Assembly: GCA_963801815.1 (NCBI GenBank)
Contig: CAWDGJ010000001.1
Coordinates: 192,001 to 256,000, forward strand
Reading direction: 5' to 3'
DNA: 64,000 bases
DNA from: an uncultured Verrucomicrobiae bacterium
Lineage (GTDB): Bacteria; Verrucomicrobiota; Verrucomicrobiia; Chthoniobacterales; UBA10450
A program made the position numbers and the translations under genes. Every line of letters begins with the position of its first letter. Position 1 is the first letter of the stretch. Below the pieces are notes generated by a model. It ran no database searches. It was not told where the DNA came from and was given only the letters and a program-made list of their open reading frames with translations. Shown in pieces: positions 1 to 8,169 of the stretch.

Positions 1-240
1 GTCTTTCGGTTTGCCGGCGTCGAGATAGCGCGCGACCCACGCTGGTTGTTTTCCTTTGACGCTGAGCTGGTAAAGCTGATTGCACGCGCGCTGGAAAACG
101 AACAGCCGATGACCAAGCTGCTCGAGCTCGGCACGAAATTTTTGCTCGATCGGAAACGCGTCGGGCGAAAGCAGCCAATCCTTGTCGGCGAACAGCCCCT
201 CCGTTGGAAAAGAGCCTTAATCCTTTGAAGACGCTCATTC
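1..240 (-). CDS. N-terminal part of a hypothetical protein running off the left edge; start obscured by a probable frameshift
   Basis: Reverse-strand frame reads FPTEGLFADKDWLLSPDAFPIEQKFRAELEQLGHRLFVFQRACNQLYQLSVKGKQPAWVARYLDAGKPKD to position 1; upstream NERLQRIKA is in another frame. Confidence 0.45.
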
Positions 241-350
241 TCCTGCGCAGCGACTTCGTTTGAGGTTTGAGGCTTGAGCGTCCGATTCCAAAGCTACGCG
301 GTTTCGCGCGGGGAACATCAACATCAAACATCGAACATCAAACCTGTGCA

Positions 351-956
351 TCATCTGCCAGCGGCCATCTTCTTCAGCGCGAGCTTCACCAGTTCTTCCG
401 CCGATTTCGCCTTGCCCTGTAAATCGCGCACCGTTTTATGCGCGTCGACCTGTTTGTAACCGAGCGCGATCAAAGCCAGCACTGCTTCGTTCCCTTGTTC
501 CTGTTCCGGCGTCGGCGCGTGGGCGGCAGTGGCGGCTTCCCAGGCGGCCGCGACTCCGAGTTTGTCTTTCAGTTCAAGAATGATCCGCTCCGCGGTTTTC
601 TTGCCCAGGCCGCTGATCTTTGAAATCGCGGCGATGTCGGAATTTACGACTGCGGTTTTAAAATTAGTCACGCTCATTCCGCTCAAGACAGACAGCGCAA
701 GCTTGGGACCGATGCCACTCACATTATTCACCAGTAACCGAAACAAATCGCGCTCGGGCGCGGTCATGAATCCGTAAAGCATATGCGCGTCTTCGCGCAC
801 AACCAGATGCGTGAGAATGTGTACCGGTTGACCCACCGCTGGAAGTTTGTCGTAGCTCGAAATCGGAATGAAAACTTCGTAGCCGACGCCGTTTACATCC
901 ACCGTTGCCTGCGTTGGTAGCGCCGCGACCAATCGGCCCTCTAGAAACGTGATCAT
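351..956 (-). CDS. ruvA: Holliday junction branch migration protein RuvA
   Basis: MITFLEG...VNGVGYEV, VREDA..LYGF, GIGPKLAL, GLGKKTAERIILELKDK, ALIALGY. Confidence 0.97.
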   Translation of the reverse strand: MITFLEGRLVAALPTQATVDVNGVGYEVFIPISSYDKLPAVGQPVHILTHLVVREDAHMLYGFMTAPERDLFRLLVNNVSGIGPKLALSVLSGMSVTNFKTAVVNSDIAAISKISGLGKKTAERIILELKDKLGVAAAWEAATAAHAPTPEQEQGNEAVLALIALGYKQVDAHKTVRDLQGKAKSAEELVKLALKKMAAGR

Positions 957-1000
957 GATCCGATTTAATGAATCAACGATTTAGCGATTTAGCGAATCAT

Positions 1001-2509
1001 TTAGTCCGGCTTCAGCACCAATGTGAGCTCCGTCCGTCTTCCTTTGGCGATATTAAAGCCGTCGGTGGAAAACATTCTCCAGTTCGGTGGCAAATTCGGA
1101 AAAGTATTCGTTGCGATCGCGCTCGGCAAAACGATGAATCTCGGGCCTGCCTTCGCCATAAAGTCCGCCGCGTTCTTTTGATTCAACGGCGTCATCCAGC
1201 CTTTTGCGCTCGATCGAAAGTACCACACCAGACTTGGCTCCTGATAATCAACTGCGCCGAATTCCATGTCGGGCTTCAAGAAACCTCGCGCTTGTAAATA
1301 AAGCTGTCTCGCCGGAAAGAACCGCGCGGCAAAAGGTGCGGCGATCAACGCGAGAGCGAGATAAATGCAACCACTCGTGACTGCAGCGGTTTTCACGAAA
1401 CGCCTACTGGCGACATGACGAGCGACTAGCAGTGCCAGCAGTGGAAACGCCGGGAGTGTGTAATGCGGTAGCTTGGTTTTAACCAAAGTGAAGATCACGA
1501 AAATGATCGCGGTGCCCGAGACGAGATACGCGTCGGTGTGGGGAGAGGTGGCCGGCCGGCCACGCTCACGCCAGAGTTTTTTGGCCAGCGAAGGCAACTT
1601 GATCGACCACGGAAAAAAGCTGGCAAAGATCGTTACGAAATAGAATGGGAGCAGAAGGAGGTAAACGCCGAACGAGTTGGAGCCGTGGCTTTCCATTGCC
1701 CTGAACGATCTGCCGATGACGTGTCTGCCAATTCCGATCTTCAAAAAGTCACCGTGCGTTTGGATCAGGGCCGGAATTCCCCACAGGGCGACGACTACCA
1801 GCATGAACACGATGCCTCGGATGAATTTGAAACGCTTCGCAAAACCTGTTCTGAGCGCAGTCGAAGCATCGGCGTCGCGCGAGAAATATTTCACCGCGGC
1901 GATCGTCAGGAGCGGGGTCCACGCAATGGGTCCTTTCGCGAGAAATCCAAGCGCGAGAGAAAGGTAGAAGATCGCCCAGCACTTCCAGCGATGCCGGATA
2001 CTCGATTCTGGATTCTTGATGAGTTCCCAGCCGGTCCAATGGGATGTTGTCATGAACAAAACCAGCCACATGTCGGCGACGGCAGCTTTGGCGTGAAGAA
2101 ACGTTTGAAGCGAAAGCGTGAAGATAATTGCTGCGAACCAACCAACGCGTTCGCTGCCGATTCGAGTTCCCCAGGCGAGTATCGACGTCGCAACGAGGGC
2201 AGCCGCCACGGCCGAGGGAAATCGCGCCGCGAAATCGTTTTCGCCGAACATTCGGTAGCTCGCGACCTGGGCCCAGTAGGCGAGCGGCGGCTTATCAAGA
2301 CGAAGTTGATTATTGAAATACGGTACAGTGTAATCGCCGCGCTCGATCATTTCCCGCGACGCCTCCGCGAAACGCGGTTCGTCGCGATCCACCAACGGAA
2401 TGCTCCACGTGCCGATGATGTGGAAAACGGTGCACCCAAAGAATAGCAGGATGTAATTGCGAGTTGCCGATTTCACCAGCGGTCTCAAAATAGCGTCCAG
2501 CAAACGCAA
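1001..2509 (-). CDS. ArnT/PMT-family (GT39/83-like) membrane glycosyltransferase
   Basis: DRDEPRFAEASREM, DKPPLAYW, ARFPSA, LAKGP, TKLPHY motifs; multiple TM segments. Confidence 0.9.
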   Translation of the reverse strand: MRLLDAILRPLVKSATRNYILLFFGCTVFHIIGTWSIPLVDRDEPRFAEASREMIERGDYTVPYFNNQLRLDKPPLAYWAQVASYRMFGENDFAARFPSAVAAALVATSILAWGTRIGSERVGWFAAIIFTLSLQTFLHAKAAVADMWLVLFMTTSHWTGWELIKNPESSIRHRWKCWAIFYLSLALGFLAKGPIAWTPLLTIAAVKYFSRDADASTALRTGFAKRFKFIRGIVFMLVVVALWGIPALIQTHGDFLKIGIGRHVIGRSFRAMESHGSNSFGVYLLLLPFYFVTIFASFFPWSIKLPSLAKKLWRERGRPATSPHTDAYLVSGTAIIFVIFTLVKTKLPHYTLPAFPLLALLVARHVASRRFVKTAAVTSGCIYLALALIAAPFAARFFPARQLYLQARGFLKPDMEFGAVDYQEPSLVWYFRSSAKGWMTPLNQKNAADFMAKAGPRFIVLPSAIATNTFPNLPPNWRMFSTDGFNIAKGRRTELTLVLKPD

Positions 2510-2523
2510 CAGGAACTTATTTC

Positions 2524-3132
2524 GTGAAGCGCGCCTCTCTTTTTTACTGGCTAATTGGAATCGCGTTTGTCGCGCTCGTCATCGCGGTCGCGTTTCAGTT
2601 CGATCAACCGGTGGCGGCGTTCATGACTAACCATCAAACACCGGGGATGCGAAATTTCATGCTCGATGTCAGTCGATTCGGAGATTGGCCGGGACATTTC
2701 CTCGTCGGGCTCGCGCTCCTGGGCTTCGCTTGGTCGCGCGGCAACAAGAAATGGGCCCGAATCTTTTTGGCAATGTTGATCGCACTTTCGATCGCCGGCC
2801 TAGCCGGACGAGCGATCAAACTCACCACCGGCCGGGCTCGGCCGTCGGTGAAATCTGAACAAATGTGGACCGGCCCGACCTGGAGTTCGAAATATCATTC
2901 GTTTCCATCCGGCCATGTCGATGCGACGGTCGGGTTCTTTGCCGTTCTATTGCTGGCGAACTGGCGGATCGGTCTTCCATGTCTCGCGATTCCCGTGGTG
3001 ATTGGTTTCTCGCGCATGTATCTCGGCGCGCATTGGCTTTCCGACGTCATCTGCGCCGCGGTCCTTGGAATGGCCTCCGCCATCCTGGTCTGGCATTTCG
3101 CCACCCGGCGGATCGCAAACGAAAATCCGTAG
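2524..3132 (+). CDS. PAP2-family membrane phosphatase
   Basis: KxxxGRARP, SFPSGH, SRMYLGAHWLSDV motifs. Confidence 0.93.
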   Translation: MKRASLFYWLIGIAFVALVIAVAFQFDQPVAAFMTNHQTPGMRNFMLDVSRFGDWPGHFLVGLALLGFAWSRGNKKWARIFLAMLIALSIAGLAGRAIKLTTGRARPSVKSEQMWTGPTWSSKYHSFPSGHVDATVGFFAVLLLANWRIGLPCLAIPVVIGFSRMYLGAHWLSDVICAAVLGMASAILVWHFATRRIANENP

Positions 3133-3178
3133 TTAAGTCATGCTTTCGTGCTCACTGCATGGAGCGGTGCAACAAACC

Positions 3179-3187
3179 TGCTATAAT
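3179..3187 (+). promoter_or_regulatory. Extended -10 promoter element upstream of tRNA-Ser
   Basis: TGCTATAAT about 50 bp upstream of the tRNA. Confidence 0.55.
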
Positions 3188-3236
3188 CCTGCACCCGCGG
3201 GCTGATCACTCGTCACTGGTCACCCGTCACTTTTCT

Positions 3237-3324
3237 GGAGGGGTGGCAGAGCGGTTGAATGCGCCGGTCTTGAAAACCGGAAGGCCGAAAGGCCTCGTGA
3301 GTTCGAATCTCACCCCCTCCGCCA
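3237..3324 (+). tRNA. tRNA-Ser(TGA)
   Basis: Acceptor GGAGGGG/CCCCTCC, anticodon arm CCGGT-CTTGAAA-ACCGG, long variable arm, GTTCGAATC, encoded CCA. Confidence 0.97.
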
Positions 3325-3445
3325 ATTTCGATCGCGCTACCTGTAAACTTTGTGAAGTTCTTTCTTGTCGCGCGGTCAAATGAAGATGAGAACGCAGTTC
3401 GACCGGTGGGGCGCGAAGCGGAGGGTCACAAGCGAAGCTTTGGAT

Positions 3446-3469
3446 AATCTCACACCCCTCCGCCAATTT
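3446..3469 (+). repeat. Direct repeat of the tRNA-Ser 3' end
   Basis: AATCTCACACCCCTCCGCCAATTT versus tRNA end AATCTCACCCCCTCCGCCAATTT. Confidence 0.8.
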
Positions 3470-3528
3470 TATTTCAGTCGCAGATCGGTTCGACAATCGG
3501 AAGTGTTCATGCGAACATATCTCCAGCA

Positions 3529-4635
3529 ATGAAGGTAAAAGCGTTTCAACCGGTCATTGACGAAGCTCCTCAGAGTCGAAAGCCGATCCACGGTCGCGGC
3601 GCTTCCTGGAGCCCGGCCAACCGGTTCGAGAAACTTCACGTCGACTTAACCGATGTCGATGTTGTCGATAACGATCCAGACGGAGAGGCGCGGCCGCGGC
3701 GCGCCACCCAATATTTCCGCGATGTGACCAAAACGATCATCGCGCGGAACCAAAGTCCGGATGTCGGCTTCGAAACGAGCATCAACTCGTATCGAGGTTG
3801 TGAACACGGCTGCATTTACTGTTTCGCGCGACCAACGCACGAATATCTCGGTTTTTCCGCCGGGCTCGATTTCGAGTCACGGATCATGGTGAAGCCGGAC
3901 GCGCCGCGGTTACTCGAAGCTGAACTCTCATCGCCCAAATGGAAACCTCAGCTCTTGATGATGAGTGGAGTGACCGATTGTTACCAGCCGGTCGAACGGA
4001 AATTGAAGATTACGCGCGGCTGTCTCGAAGTTCTCGCTAAGTTTCGAAACCCTGTCGCCATTCTCACGAAAAATCGCTTGGTAACGCGAGACATCGACAT
4101 TCTTTCAGAGTTAGCGGGTGATCGATGTGCCGTGGTGAATCTTTCGGTCACGACGCTCGATCCAAAGCTCCAACAGGTCCTGGAGCCACGGACTTCGGCG
4201 CCGGCTGCGCGTTTGGATGCAGTCGCAAAACTTCGCGCGGCGAATATTCCAGTCGGCGTGATGGTCGCTCCGGTGATCCCCGGGATCAATGATCACGAGA
4301 TTCCAGCGATTGTTGCGGCGTGCGCGAAAGCCGGCGCCCAATTCGCCGGTCACGTTTTGTTGCGTTTGCCGTGGGCGGTGCGGCCGCTGTTTGAACATTG
4401 GCTCGATGAACATTTTCCCGAGCGAAAAGCAAAAGTGCTCGAACGGTTGCGCGCCACGCGAGGCGGCAAGTTGTACGACTCGCGGTGGCGTAAGCGGCAG
4501 ACCGGCGACGGGATTTTTGCCGAACAAATCGCAAACCTATTCGACGTCTCTTGTCGGCGGGCTGGTTTTGACGAACGGCCGAACCTGTCGATCGCGGCTT
4601 TCCGGCGGCCCACCGAGCAACTCAAACTCTGGTAG
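3529..4635 (+). CDS. Radical SAM protein (PA0069/Rv2578c, SplB-like family)
   Basis: SINSYRGCEHGCIYCFAR (CxxxCxxC), SGVTDCYQP, ILTK, LEPRT. Confidence 0.92.
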   Translation: MKVKAFQPVIDEAPQSRKPIHGRGASWSPANRFEKLHVDLTDVDVVDNDPDGEARPRRATQYFRDVTKTIIARNQSPDVGFETSINSYRGCEHGCIYCFARPTHEYLGFSAGLDFESRIMVKPDAPRLLEAELSSPKWKPQLLMMSGVTDCYQPVERKLKITRGCLEVLAKFRNPVAILTKNRLVTRDIDILSELAGDRCAVVNLSVTTLDPKLQQVLEPRTSAPAARLDAVAKLRAANIPVGVMVAPVIPGINDHEIPAIVAACAKAGAQFAGHVLLRLPWAVRPLFEHWLDEHFPERKAKVLERLRATRGGKLYDSRWRKRQTGDGIFAEQIANLFDVSCRRAGFDERPNLSIAAFRRPTEQLKLW

Positions 4636-4886
4636 AGGCGATTACGCTCCCGCTCGGTTTTCACCAAACCGAGGCGCCAATTTCCCTAAAACTGACTCGC
4701 AAGGCTCGCAGACTGCTCCGTTCTCATAATTCATCGCCCGACACTGTTGTTTTCTCCTAGTTTGAGACTTTCGACCGATTCGTGGGTCTAATCTATGGGA
4801 TCGAACTTATCGATGCGCTCTGAGAGATCACGAAAAGCGATTAACTGTATGCGAACAGACCCACAATTTGTGCGGCGGGGCCCGAT

Positions 4887-5240
4887 ATGATCAATCCATT
4901 GCACTCGAGCAAGGATAAGCCATCGAAAAAGGCCGGGGAGTCGGAGACGCGGGAGCAAATCATGAAGCTCCGTGAGACGACTCTCGAACTACAGCAGGAG
5001 AATCTTGCGCTCCGTGATGAAATCAAGAGGCTGCGTGAACAGAAAGAGCCGCAAACGAATTTGGAATTTTCCGAGAATGTCTGTTGGCTGCTGATAGACC
5101 ATGAGCGAACAGGGCCGTTCTGCCCGCGTTGTTATTCCGAACATCATCGCTTAGCCACGCTTCTGGACGGACGGCGCTTCGTTGCTAAAACGCGCTGGAT
5201 TTGTCCGGTTTGTAATCACGTCTTCGACTCCGAGGCGTAA
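4887..5240 (+). CDS. Small protein with coiled coil and C-terminal Zn ribbon
   Basis: LELQQENLALRDEIKRL coiled coil; GPFCPRC...WICPVC. Confidence 0.65.
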   Translation: MINPLHSSKDKPSKKAGESETREQIMKLRETTLELQQENLALRDEIKRLREQKEPQTNLEFSENVCWLLIDHERTGPFCPRCYSEHHRLATLLDGRRFVAKTRWICPVCNHVFDSEA

Positions 5241-5295
5241 GGTTTGCATGACTTGTAATTTGCAGTTTCTGATCTCTAATCTTCTACTTCTGCAA

Positions 5296-5400
5296 GCGCG
5301 ATTAGCTCAGTGGTAGAGCACGTGCTTCGCACGCAAGGGGTCGCTCCACGCCCGCAACGCTTCGCGTAGCGATGCGGGCGGGGGTTCGAATTTCATCGGG
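5296..5400 (+). pseudogene. Degenerate tRNA-Val-like copy interrupted by a palindromic insert
   Basis: 5' part nearly matches the downstream tRNA-Val (GCGCGATTAGCTCAGTGGTAGAGC...TGCTTCGCACGCAAG); hairpin CGCCCGCAACGCT-TCGCGT-AGCGATGCGGGCG precedes GGTTCGAA; 3' acceptor strand decayed, no CCA. Confidence 0.8.
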
Positions 5401-5446
5401 TTTTTGTGGAAAGGAAATTCCAACCAATTATCTTCAATGTCCAATT

Positions 5447-5521
5447 GCGCGGTTAGCTCAGTGGTAGAGCGCTTGCTTCACACGCAAGAAGTCGCAGGTT
5501 CGAACCCTGCACCGCGCACCA
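5447..5521 (+). tRNA. tRNA-Val(CAC)
   Basis: Acceptor GCGCGGT/ACCGCGC, anticodon arm CTTGC-TTCACAC-GCAAG, GGTTCGAACCC, CCA. Confidence 0.97.
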
Positions 5522-5533
5522 TTTGTCCCCCGG

Positions 5534-5770
5534 ATGTTCTATGCTTAAGTCCTTAAATGCAGTGACGGTAAACTGTACGTCGGGTCAGCAAAAGATCTGC
5601 GGAGGCGAATTGAGCAGCATCGAGCAGGAAGAGTCGTGGCGACAGCACGTCGGCTGCCGGTCAGTCTCGAGTATTACGAGGCGTGCCGCTTTGAACGGAA
5701 AGCGAGGTTGCGCGAGAAACAGCTAAAGACTGGATTTGGTCGCGCTTATTTGAAGCGGCGTTTGCGATAG
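5534..5770 (+). pseudogene. GIY-YIG nuclease family gene with a premature stop at codon 5
   Basis: My translation: MFYA*VLKCSDGKLYVGSAKDLRRRIEQHRAGRVVATARRLPVSLEYYEACRFERKARLREKQLKTGFGRAYLKRRLR*; not in the ORF track. Confidence 0.85.
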
Positions 5771-5814
5771 CAATCCGCAGTTGAAATGTTCCTGGTCGGA
5801 TTTATACCGAAGGT

Positions 5815-6261
5815 ATGTCAGAACATAAAATGACTCTCACCTGGAAGCGCGGCGATGCGCCGTTCGAGTACCAAAAGTATCCGCGCAATCACACTTGGAA
5901 ATTTGATGGCGGCCACGAAATGACGGCGTCAGCAGCGCCGGCCTATCTCGGCGATCCGAAAAATGTCGATCCGGAGGAAGCATTCGTCGCCTCGCTCTCT
6001 GCCTGTCACATGCTCACATTTCTCGCGATTGCGTGTAAGCAGAAGTTCGTGCTCGACGAATATATCGACGACGCCGTCGGCCACATGGAAAAGAACGCCG
6101 ACGGCAGGCTGGCGATTACCAAAGTGACGCTGCGGCCAAAACTGAAATGGTCTGGCGACAAGACGCCGAGCGCAGAAGAGCTCGATAAGTTGCATCACGC
6201 TGCGCACGAGAACTGTTTCATCGCTAATTCGGTGAAGACCGAGGTGACGGTCGAAAAATAA
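5815..6261 (+). CDS. OsmC/Ohr family peroxiredoxin-like protein
   Basis: DPEEAFVASLSACHMLTFL and AHENCFIANSVK (two catalytic Cys). Confidence 0.93.
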   Translation: MSEHKMTLTWKRGDAPFEYQKYPRNHTWKFDGGHEMTASAAPAYLGDPKNVDPEEAFVASLSACHMLTFLAIACKQKFVLDEYIDDAVGHMEKNADGRLAITKVTLRPKLKWSGDKTPSAEELDKLHHAAHENCFIANSVKTEVTVEK

Positions 6262-6269
6262 AGGCGGAA

Positions 6270-6340
6270 GTTGTAGCGGTGCTTGTTCTCAAGCACCGAA
6301 CTATTAAAAAGGCGCTCACCGCGGCGAGCGCCCCTACAAC
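6270..6340. repeat. REP-doublet-like palindromic element (GTAG ends)
   Basis: GTTGTAG...CTACAAC ends; internal hairpins CGGTGCTTG/CAAGCACCG and GGCGCTC/GAGCGCC. Confidence 0.7.
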
Positions 6341-6380
6341 AGCTTTTGATCTGTGTAATCTGCGTTAATCTGTGGCCGAA

Positions 6381-7773
6381 ATGAGCAATGTGACCGATTC
6401 GCAGCCCCCGCCTTCGCCAAGCTCCGGCGCGGCAAGAATGGAAAAGATCGTCAGCTTGTGCAAGCGACGCGGACTCATCTTTCAATCAAGCGAGATCTAC
6501 GGTGGTTTGAATGGGTTGTGGGACTACGGCCCGCTCGGCGTCGAACTGAAGCGCAACGTCAAAGACTATTGGTGGCGCATAATGGTTCACGAGCGCGATG
6601 ACGTCGTCGGCATGGACGGCTCGATTTTGATGAACCGCGCGGTTTGGAAAGCAAGCGGCCACGAAGACACGTTCAGCGATCCGATGGTCGATTGTCGAAC
6701 CTGCAAGGCGCGATTGCGCGCCGACCAGGTGATCGACAAAGGAAAAGGCAAGCAATGCCCGAATTGCGGCGGCAAGGATCTAACCGAGCCGCGCTCGTTC
6801 AATCTGATGTTCAAGACTTATGTCGGCGCGACCGAGGATGAATCGAGCGTCACGTATCTGCGGCCGGAGACCGCGCAGGCGATTTTCGTTCAGTTCAAAA
6901 ACGTGCTCGAAGTCTCGCGCAAAAAGCTACCGTTTGGGATCGCGCAGATCGGGAAAGCGTTTCGAAACGAGATCAATCCGCGAAATTTCACGTTTCGCTC
7001 CCGCGAGTTCGAACAAATGGAGCTCGAATACTTTTGCCGGCCAGAGGAAGGAATGAAGCTGCTCGAGTATTGGAAAGAGGAGCGGCTCAGGTTTTACGAG
7101 AACATCGGTATTCCGCGCGACCATCTGCACGTCCTTACCGTGCCCGACGAGGATCGCGCTTTTTATTCCAAAGGCACCTACGACATCGAATACGATTTTC
7201 CGTTTGGCCGGCAGGAACTCGAAGGTGTCGCGTATCGCACCGATTACGATTTGGCGCAGCACCAGAAAGCGAGCGGCAAGCCGCTGGAGTATTTTGACGA
7301 GGAAACAAAACAAAAATTTATTCCGCACGTAGTCGAGCCGAGCGCCGGAGTCGATCGCACCGTGCTCGCTTTGATTTGTGACGCCTACGCCGAAGACCAG
7401 GCGCCCGATGACAAAGGAAAAATGGAGACGCGGACGCTGTTGCGGTTTCATCCACGGATCGCGCCGGTCAAATGCTCCGTGTTCCCGCTTCTGAAGAACA
7501 AGGAGCCGCTGGTCACGAAAGCGAAGGAAATTGTCAATCTTCTCCGGCCGCACATGTTCGTTTTCTACGATGAATCGGGCGCGATCGGTCGACGTTATCG
7601 ACGCCAGGACGAAATCGGAACACCGTTTGGCGTGACGGTGGATTTCGAAACCCTCGGCGAAAAGGATCCTGCCCTGCAAGGACACGGTCACACTGCGCGA
7701 ACGCGATTCCATGAAACAGGAGAGAGTCGCGATCAAAGATCTACCGCAGCTTCTCATCTCGCGAATCTCCTGA
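6381..7773 (+). CDS. glyQS: Glycine--tRNA ligase (homodimeric type); one +1 frameshift near 7677-7681
   Basis: YLRPETAQ, GKAFRNEI, FRSREFEQME, IGRRYRRQDEIGTP; the true C-terminus DTVTLRERDSMKQERV...IS* lies in the shifted frame ending TGA 7771-7773. Confidence 0.93.
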
Positions 7774-8135
7774 TGGATCTTGCGCAGTTTCGCGAATATT
7801 GCCTGAGCAAACCACGCGCGACCGAACAGACGCCGTTCGGGCCGGACGCGCTCGTGTTCAAAGTTGGAGGCAAAATTTTTGCGATCGCACCACTCGATGA
7901 AGTTCCCGCGCGAGCGAATCTAAAATGCGATCCCGATCTCGCGCTCGAGCTGCGCGATCGTTACGAACAAGTCCGACCGGGTTATCACATGAACAAAAAA
8001 CATTGGAACACGGTTGAGATCGAAGCCGGAATTCCGGACGTCGAGATCCGGAAAATGATCGATCATTCCTACGATTTGGTGGCGAGAAAGGTAGGTAGCG
8101 GCGCTTCACCGAAGCGCCATTGCCGCAGCACGTAA
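7773..8135 (+). CDS. MmcQ/YjbR family protein
   Basis: MDLAQFREYCLSKP, PFGPDALVFKVGGKIFA, NLKCDP, PGYHMNKKHWN; ATG overlaps the glyQS stop (TGATG). Confidence 0.92.
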   Translation: MDLAQFREYCLSKPRATEQTPFGPDALVFKVGGKIFAIAPLDEVPARANLKCDPDLALELRDRYEQVRPGYHMNKKHWNTVEIEAGIPDVEIRKMIDHSYDLVARKVGSGASPKRHCRST

Positions 8136-8169
8136 ACAGAATGGCGATTGAGGTCAATCGCCCCTACCT
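8093..8169. repeat. REP-doublet-like element between convergent genes
   Basis: AGGTAG...CTACCT ends; hairpins GGCGCTTC-ACC-GAAGCGCC and GGCGATTGA-GG-TCAATCGCC. Confidence 0.75.

Noticed and set aside
1538..2446. Long antisense and overlapping ORFs (this one, 6927-7757, 49508-50254, 56351-57112 and others)
   Set aside because: They are shadows of well-supported genes in GC-rich DNA and have no motifs
5296..5400. Functional tRNA-Ala(CGC) or intron-containing tRNA
   Set aside because: Acceptor and T stems cannot pair fully, there is no CCA, and the body is Val-like
6372..8135. Apparent GlyRS-MmcQ/YjbR fusion protein in the ORF track
   Set aside because: A +1 shift near 7680 hides the normal GlyRS end (DTVTLRERDSMKQERV...TGA), which overlaps a separate ATG at 7773
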